Of a stretch of DNA of 64,000 nt, positions 58,709 through 64,000 are shown piece by piece; position 1 is the first letter of the stretch, and the number at the start of each line of letters is the position of its first letter. The position numbers and the translations under genes are program-made. The DNA comes from a virus. The notes under the pieces were generated by a model, which saw only the letters and a program-made list of their open reading frames with translations, was not told the origin of the DNA and did no database searches. The DNA is taken from IMG/VR virus record IMGVR_UViG_3300044643_002008, positions 1 to 64,000 of that record. One strand, 5' to 3'.

Positions 58709-60943
58709 ATGGCCTGGAATATTGGTAATAAAGACCTCGGCGGATTCGAGAAAAAGGCTGGAAACATTGGTCCAGGCGCTCCCGTCGCATATAACCCATC
58801 AATGGCTGGTCGGCCATACAAAGACTCGTGGGATATTGAGCGCGCTTACAGAGAAGGCGTTCAGAAGGTCACATGGGTAAACCGCTGTATTGACGCGATT
58901 GCTGGCAACCAGGCGAGATTGCCAATGATTATCAGAAAAGACAATTCACCAGATGGTGAAATCGTTCGCAAGAAGAACCCGATTCTTGACATTCTTAACT
59001 CGACGGCAAACCAGGGAGAAAACTCCTTTATCTTTAGATATAGGCTTTCTTCACAGCTTTTGATGTCTAGCCGTGGTGCCTTTATCGAGAAAGTTCGTGG
59101 CAGAAATGGAGAGGTAGTAGCTCTTCACCTTCTCCCACCACAACACACCTCTCCAATACCAGACCCTAAGCGCTTTGTTTCCGGATTTGAAGTGGACATG
59201 CGAAATGGTACGAAAATAATCCTTCGTCCTGAAGATGTAATTTGGGTTCGTCGTCCGCACCCCTTGGACCCATATCTGTCAATGACGCCAATGGAAGCGG
59301 CTGGTATCGCAATTGAAATTGAAAACCTTGCAAAAATTTATAACCGTAACTTCCTTCTGAATGACGGTCGCCCAGGCGGCTTGATTGTTGTTCGTGGAGA
59401 AATTGACGACGACGACAAGGACGAGCTTAGAAGTAGATTCCGCGGCAACCTTTCAAAGACAGGTGCCGTAACGGTTCTTTCCTCTGACGAGGGTGTTGAC
59501 TTCGTTGATACCGGAGCCTCACCACGAGATGCCGCGTATATACAGATGCGTCAAATCACTAAGGAAGAAATTCTCTCCGCCTTCGGTGTACCTGAATCGG
59601 TTATCGGAAACGCTGCAGGACGCACATTCTCAAATGCCGGCGAAGAAATCCGTGTTTTCTGGGTCGAGACAATGATGCCCCACTTGATGCAGATGGCCAG
59701 AGCTCTCGACGCTCTTGACCCCGAGTACTACATCGACTTTGATACCTCGCAGGTTCCCGTTCTTGTTCTGTACAAGCAGGAGCGTGAACGCTATTTGCTC
59801 GACGAGCTTCAGGCTGGATTAATTAGCCCAAATGAATACCGTGCCGGAACAGGCAAAAAAGAAATTGATTCAGACTTGATGAACGCAATGCTCGCCAACC
59901 CGAACTTGACGCCAATTGGCTACACGGACAAACCGTTTGACTCAACACAGCAACAGCAACTTGACATGATGGGTGCTCAGCAGGGTGCTCCTGGAGCTCC
60001 TCAGATGCCAGGAATGCCGCCAATGCCCGGTGCGGTGCTTGGGCAGGAATCAGGAATGATTGGGGCACCAGAGGCTCCCCAAGAGGGAATGACGGCAGCT
60101 TTAGCTCAAGAGGCACAAGTAATCCCAACAGAGGTTGGACCGGTTCAAGGATTGTCAGAGAACTTAAACGAACTTCGCTTTAAGTCCATGAACGCGGCAA
60201 TCGATGAGTGGGACACAAAAGCTGAGCAGGATTCCGATAGATGGGTCGAAATTATGGATAGAAGCCTTGAGCGCCTATTCGACCGACAGAACCGCGTAGT
60301 CATCGAGAAGGCAAATGGAGCCAAGGCCAAGAAAAGCCTTGAGTCGGGCAAACTTGAGGGAAGCGCAATATTTGATACCGACGTTTGGAATAAGCAGTTG
60401 CAGGAAGACTTGCGACCTGTAATCAAAGCGATTATCGAAGATTCCGCTCGTCTTGCTTCTCAAAAAACCGGAATGCCTGTAGAAATAGACGAAGAAGAGC
60501 TTAATGAATACATTGAGCAACAGCTAAATAGGGCCCAGCAGGTCAACAATACGACAAAAGAAGAAATTCTTGCCGCGATATTGATAGCCCAGTCATTGCA
60601 AGATGATGAAGATAGGTCGGGAATGCTTAAGGCTGCTCTTGCGGCAATATTCCTTAATCTCCTTACGAAACGCCGTCGTCTTATAGCTGAGCACGAGTCG
60701 CAATCTGCCTACAATGCCGGAACATACTTTGCTAGCCGTCTTCTTGGCTCCCCAACAAAGACATGGGTTACCAGAAAAGATGCAAAAGTTAGAGCTGAGC
60801 ACCTGTTAATGCAGGGCAAGACAGTTGATGTTGGTCAGTCTTTTGATGTCGATGGCGTCAAGATGCGATTCCCTGGAGACCCTTCTGCTCCAGTGCATTT
60901 AACAATCAACTGTAGATGCCGCCTCAAGTTTGACACACTTTAA
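58709..60943 (+). CDS. Portal protein fused to a MuF-like minor head domain
   Basis: V.RCID.IA, F.N.GRPGG, AFGVP..IG; C-terminal KTW...D.KVR.EH...FPGDP...INCRC. Confidence 0.92.
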   Translation: MAWNIGNKDLGGFEKKAGNIGPGAPVAYNPSMAGRPYKDSWDIERAYREGVQKVTWVNRCIDAIAGNQARLPMIIRKDNSPDGEIVRKKNPILDILNSTANQGENSFIFRYRLSSQLLMSSRGAFIEKVRGRNGEVVALHLLPPQHTSPIPDPKRFVSGFEVDMRNGTKIILRPEDVIWVRRPHPLDPYLSMTPMEAAGIAIEIENLAKIYNRNFLLNDGRPGGLIVVRGEIDDDDKDELRSRFRGNLSKTGAVTVLSSDEGVDFVDTGASPRDAAYIQMRQITKEEILSAFGVPESVIGNAAGRTFSNAGEEIRVFWVETMMPHLMQMARALDALDPEYYIDFDTSQVPVLVLYKQERERYLLDELQAGLISPNEYRAGTGKKEIDSDLMNAMLANPNLTPIGYTDKPFDSTQQQQLDMMGAQQGAPGAPQMPGMPPMPGAVLGQESGMIGAPEAPQEGMTAALAQEAQVIPTEVGPVQGLSENLNELRFKSMNAAIDEWDTKAEQDSDRWVEIMDRSLERLFDRQNRVVIEKANGAKAKKSLESGKLEGSAIFDTDVWNKQLQEDLRPVIKAIIEDSARLASQKTGMPVEIDEEELNEYIEQQLNRAQQVNNTTKEEILAAILIAQSLQDDEDRSGMLKAALAAIFLNLLTKRRRLIAEHESQSAYNAGTYFASRLLGSPTKTWVTRKDAKVRAEHLLMQGKTVDVGQSFDVDGVKMRFPGDPSAPVHLTINCRCRLKFDTL

Positions 60944-60971
60944 GTAAACTCGCGGACTTTACTTAAAGTGT
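60935..60971. repeat. Perfect 14-bp inverted repeat with 9-nt spacer
   Basis: ACACTTTAAGTAAA-CTCGCGGAC-TTTACTTAAAGTGT. Confidence 0.9.
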
Positions 60972-61026
60972 TCCGCTAGACGACTGTTTAATTGTTTATT
61001 ATTGAACCTGTCGAAAGGTTTGCTAT

Positions 61027-63756
61027 ATGCCATCATCTTTTACAGATATGAATACGACAGAAGAAAAAGCTACAGAATACAAGGCCATTCCTGGTCAGTT
61101 CAATGTTGATGAAGCTCTTGGCATTGTTGAATGTTTCGTCGCCGGCATAGGAAACAAGGACTCCGTTGGAGATGTTTGCCTTCCTGGTGCTTTCTCTGGA
61201 AGCCTTAAGCGTCGTAAGCCACGTGTTGTATGGGGACACAACTGGAATGAGCCAATTGGCAAAGTTCTAGACATCTACGAAGTTGGTCCCAACGACCCAC
61301 GTCTACCCATGAAGATGAGACGTGCCGGTATAGGTGGTCTGTATGCTCGCGTTCAGTTCAACCTAAAATCCGAAAGAGGCAAGGAAGCATTTAATAGCGT
61401 TGTTTTCTTTGGAGAAGAGCAAGAGTGGTCAATTGGCTACAAGACTTTGGACGCTGTTTTTGACCCATCGCAACAGGCAAACATGCTTAAAGAAGTCGAG
61501 CTATACGAAGTATCTCCTGTTTTGCACGGTGCAAACCAGCTAACAGGAACGATATCCATCAAAGCTGACCAGCCATTAAAAGACCCAAAGGGTGGATTAA
61601 CCGCCGCTGGACGTAGGCACTTTAAGAATACTGAAGGCGCAGACCTCAAGCCCGGAGTTAAGGGCCCAGCAGACACCCCAGAGAAGATGCGCCGCAAAGG
61701 CTCATTCCTCACTCGCTTTTACACAAACCCTTCAGGTCCTCTTGTTGATGAAGATGGAGAGCCAACACGCCTAGCGCTTGCTGCAGTTGCATGGGGAGAG
61801 CCAGCACCAAAGAACCGTCAGGACGCGGCAGAACTCGCTGCAAAGGGCAGAAGAATGCTCGACAGATACGGTAAGTCTAAGACTAAGGCCGACCCAGCGC
61901 AGGGTGGCCAAAAGTGCCCAACTGCAACAAAAGAAGTTTCCGTCAATATAAAAAATAGACAGAAGGCAATCGATAGCGCCGGATATGGCCCACTTAACCC
62001 AAAGGAAGCAAACTCAGAGTTTTGGGACAAAAAGGCATCTCGATGGGATGTAACTGCCCAAGAAGCAAAAAAGCAGAAGTGCGGAAATTGCGCTGTGTTT
62101 ATAAAGACCTCAGCTATGGAAAAGTGCATTCAGAGCGGCCTTGCTGCCGGTGGAGAGCTTGGCGACAGCGCTTGGGACGTTATTGCTGCAGCAGACCTTG
62201 GTTACTGCGAAGCATTTGACTTCAAGTGTGCCGCGTCTCGTACTTGCGATGCATGGGTTGTTGGTGGACCGATTACTGACGAATCTTCGAACAGTCAAGA
62301 AGTTGCAGAAAAGAGTGCAATATATAAGTCGCCCGAGTACATGTCAAACACTTCAGTTGGACGTATGGCCGAACTCGCAAAAGCCTTGTCGGAAAGATTT
62401 AGCTCGCCAGTAAAAATCAGAACAGCAGACAGAGACATGGTTGTTTTCGACATCAGCAATGGTGGACAGTCAACAACAATGAGAATCACCTACTACTTTG
62501 ATGGCGAAGAATTTATGTTCGGTGAGCCACATCAGGTTCGTGCTGAAACCGTATATCTCCCGGTAAATACTCCTTCCGGAATAATGCCAGGACACGCTTT
62601 TCCAGATATGGAGGATGATGATGATTCAGGGGAATACGCTCATGGGGCTCGTGAAATGATTAGAAACGTATCTCAAAAGCCTCACGACGATTGTGGGTGT
62701 GGATGCTCTGGTGCGGGAACGTGTGGAGTTCCTGAGCCTTCTATTAGCTGGAGCAAGTTCAAGGAAAGAACCCCTGGGGCCCACCTTTTCGTAAGAGCAC
62801 TAGGTCAGGAAAAGTCAGACGCGCTAGAGCTAGTAAAGACAGTGTGCGATTATCACGGAATTGAAATGAAAGAACTGGAAGACGGAGTAGCTGTTCCGTT
62901 TATCGACTCTTTGTCTGATGACGGATATGAAGCCGTAATGACAGTCGCATCGAATATGTCAGAAGGATTTGACGCAAAGAGTGTTGGTGGGAAACTCCGC
63001 CGAGTAGGAAGAATGGCAAACAACTTTGACCGTTTCGACCCTAACGCTATTGACGCCGATGGTGACTCACAAGTTCAAGAAGGAACACGCTTCCAGCGCC
63101 CTGCGGCTCCTAGAAACATGCCAAAGGTTAAGCCAATCCAGGTTCCCCGCAGAGAAGATGTGCCACTAAAGCCTTCTGTTCCATCAACCCCAACACCAAC
63201 CCCCACAAGAGTTCCCGAAAAGCCAAGAGTTCCACAAAGAGCTGGGCGCTTGTCTGGCTCTATGAGCCTTGGTGATAATAGTCTTAGCTGGAGAAGCAGA
63301 GATTTCAAGAATCCAGGACCATCTAAGCTCGGTGAGGAAATGGACAAAATCATTGAAACCGTAGACGGTGATTCTGCATGGGACGCATGGGATGAGCTCG
63401 ATAACAAGCTCGGAGGAATGCTTGATGATATGTCACTTGGCGACCTAGAAGACGCTTTGGATGAAATGAAAGCAAAATTCCGCCAATGGGGAATTGGCAT
63501 GCAGAACGAATACAACGACGCACTAGCTGACAGGTTGATGTGGGGAGACGAAGAAGGAGTTATTAAACACCTGATGCGTTGGCAAGACATGACAAAACGG
63601 CAAGCACAAAAAGAAGCTCCGAGACTAATTGATGAATATGAAGCTGCAAGCCAAAAAGAACAAGCTTTTGAACAGGTTATCGATGCTTTGAAGTCGCGAA
63701 TTAAAGACATAGAAAAAGCAGAGGACGCATTAAGCGAGGATGATTTTTATGATTAG
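61027..63756 (+). CDS. HK97-type prohead protease fused to multiple accessory domains
   Basis: D..GD.C.PGAF, WGHNW..PIG, WSIGY, LYEVSPV..GAN in the first ~175 aa, then ~730 aa of extra modules. Confidence 0.9.
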   Translation: MPSSFTDMNTTEEKATEYKAIPGQFNVDEALGIVECFVAGIGNKDSVGDVCLPGAFSGSLKRRKPRVVWGHNWNEPIGKVLDIYEVGPNDPRLPMKMRRAGIGGLYARVQFNLKSERGKEAFNSVVFFGEEQEWSIGYKTLDAVFDPSQQANMLKEVELYEVSPVLHGANQLTGTISIKADQPLKDPKGGLTAAGRRHFKNTEGADLKPGVKGPADTPEKMRRKGSFLTRFYTNPSGPLVDEDGEPTRLALAAVAWGEPAPKNRQDAAELAAKGRRMLDRYGKSKTKADPAQGGQKCPTATKEVSVNIKNRQKAIDSAGYGPLNPKEANSEFWDKKASRWDVTAQEAKKQKCGNCAVFIKTSAMEKCIQSGLAAGGELGDSAWDVIAAADLGYCEAFDFKCAASRTCDAWVVGGPITDESSNSQEVAEKSAIYKSPEYMSNTSVGRMAELAKALSERFSSPVKIRTADRDMVVFDISNGGQSTTMRITYYFDGEEFMFGEPHQVRAETVYLPVNTPSGIMPGHAFPDMEDDDDSGEYAHGAREMIRNVSQKPHDDCGCGCSGAGTCGVPEPSISWSKFKERTPGAHLFVRALGQEKSDALELVKTVCDYHGIEMKELEDGVAVPFIDSLSDDGYEAVMTVASNMSEGFDAKSVGGKLRRVGRMANNFDRFDPNAIDADGDSQVQEGTRFQRPAAPRNMPKVKPIQVPRREDVPLKPSVPSTPTPTPTRVPEKPRVPQRAGRLSGSMSLGDNSLSWRSRDFKNPGPSKLGEEMDKIIETVDGDSAWDAWDELDNKLGGMLDDMSLGDLEDALDEMKAKFRQWGIGMQNEYNDALADRLMWGDEEGVIKHLMRWQDMTKRQAQKEAPRLIDEYEAASQKEQAFEQVIDALKSRIKDIEKAEDALSEDDFYD

Positions 63757-64000
63757 GTCATTTATTTCAGTAAATAAAGAAATTGATATAGATGTAAAGT
63801 CTGGCGAGTTTGTAATTAATTCAGGATTTGAAAAAATTGTACGACTTTTTGTCGAACCTGAAATAATTGATAACCAAGGTTCGGTGACTTCAGGTCAAAT
63901 ATCCATAAAGACAGCAATGCCATACATAGACGATGTTGTAGACACAATCTCTTCTGTGATGGAGTATCACGGCGTTGAGGGGTACCTTGACGGAAACACT
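63749..64000 (+). CDS. Partial hypothetical head-associated protein (runs off the window)
   Basis: ATG overlaps the end of the protease gene; open to base 64000; VMEYHGVE echoes VCDYHGIE in the protease fusion. Confidence 0.7.
   Translation, partial: MIRSFISVNKEIDIDVKSGEFVINSGFEKIVRLFVEPEIIDNQGSVTSGQISIKTAMPYIDDVVDTISSVMEYHGVEGYLDGNT

Overview
The window is a densely coding 64 kb piece of a large tailed dsDNA bacteriophage with a contractile tail (sheath, tube, baseplate J, tape measure). The host is probably a member of Actinomycetota, inferred from a WhiB gene, a proteasome/HslV-like Ntn protease and several TTGACN-17-TANNNT promoters with leaderless or near-leaderless starts. From left to right it holds: (1) 0.5-9 kb, early/regulatory genes (replication-initiator-like and helicase-loader-like proteins, ribbon-helix-helix proteins, a cytosine-C5 methyltransferase split across two overlapping frames, a macrodomain, WhiB, an Ntn protease, a metallophosphoesterase); (2) 8.7-11.6 kb, lysis-like and membrane genes; (3) 11.7-34.6 kb, tail fibre/adhesin genes (Gly-rich, His-rich and a 1955-aa collagen-like protein) interleaved with tailoring-type enzymes (GT4 glycosyltransferase, flavin-dependent halogenase, 2OG-Fe(II) oxygenase, GNAT-like protein); (4) 34.6-50 kb, baseplate, tail and neck genes, including a -1 frameshift signal in the tail chaperone; (5) 50-58.4 kb, ParB/PAPS-reductase (IbrAB-like) genes, recombination genes and the large terminase; (6) 58.5-64 kb, on the opposite strand, a portal-MuF fusion and a multi-domain prohead protease. 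The best candidates for novel biology are the fibre-tailoring enzyme cluster next to a His-repeat fibre protein, the dual-frame split methyltransferase, the IbrAB/ParB module and the polyprotein-like prohead protease. All functional calls come from motifs recognised by eye. No database search was run. No tRNA, rRNA or CRISPR array was found by eye.
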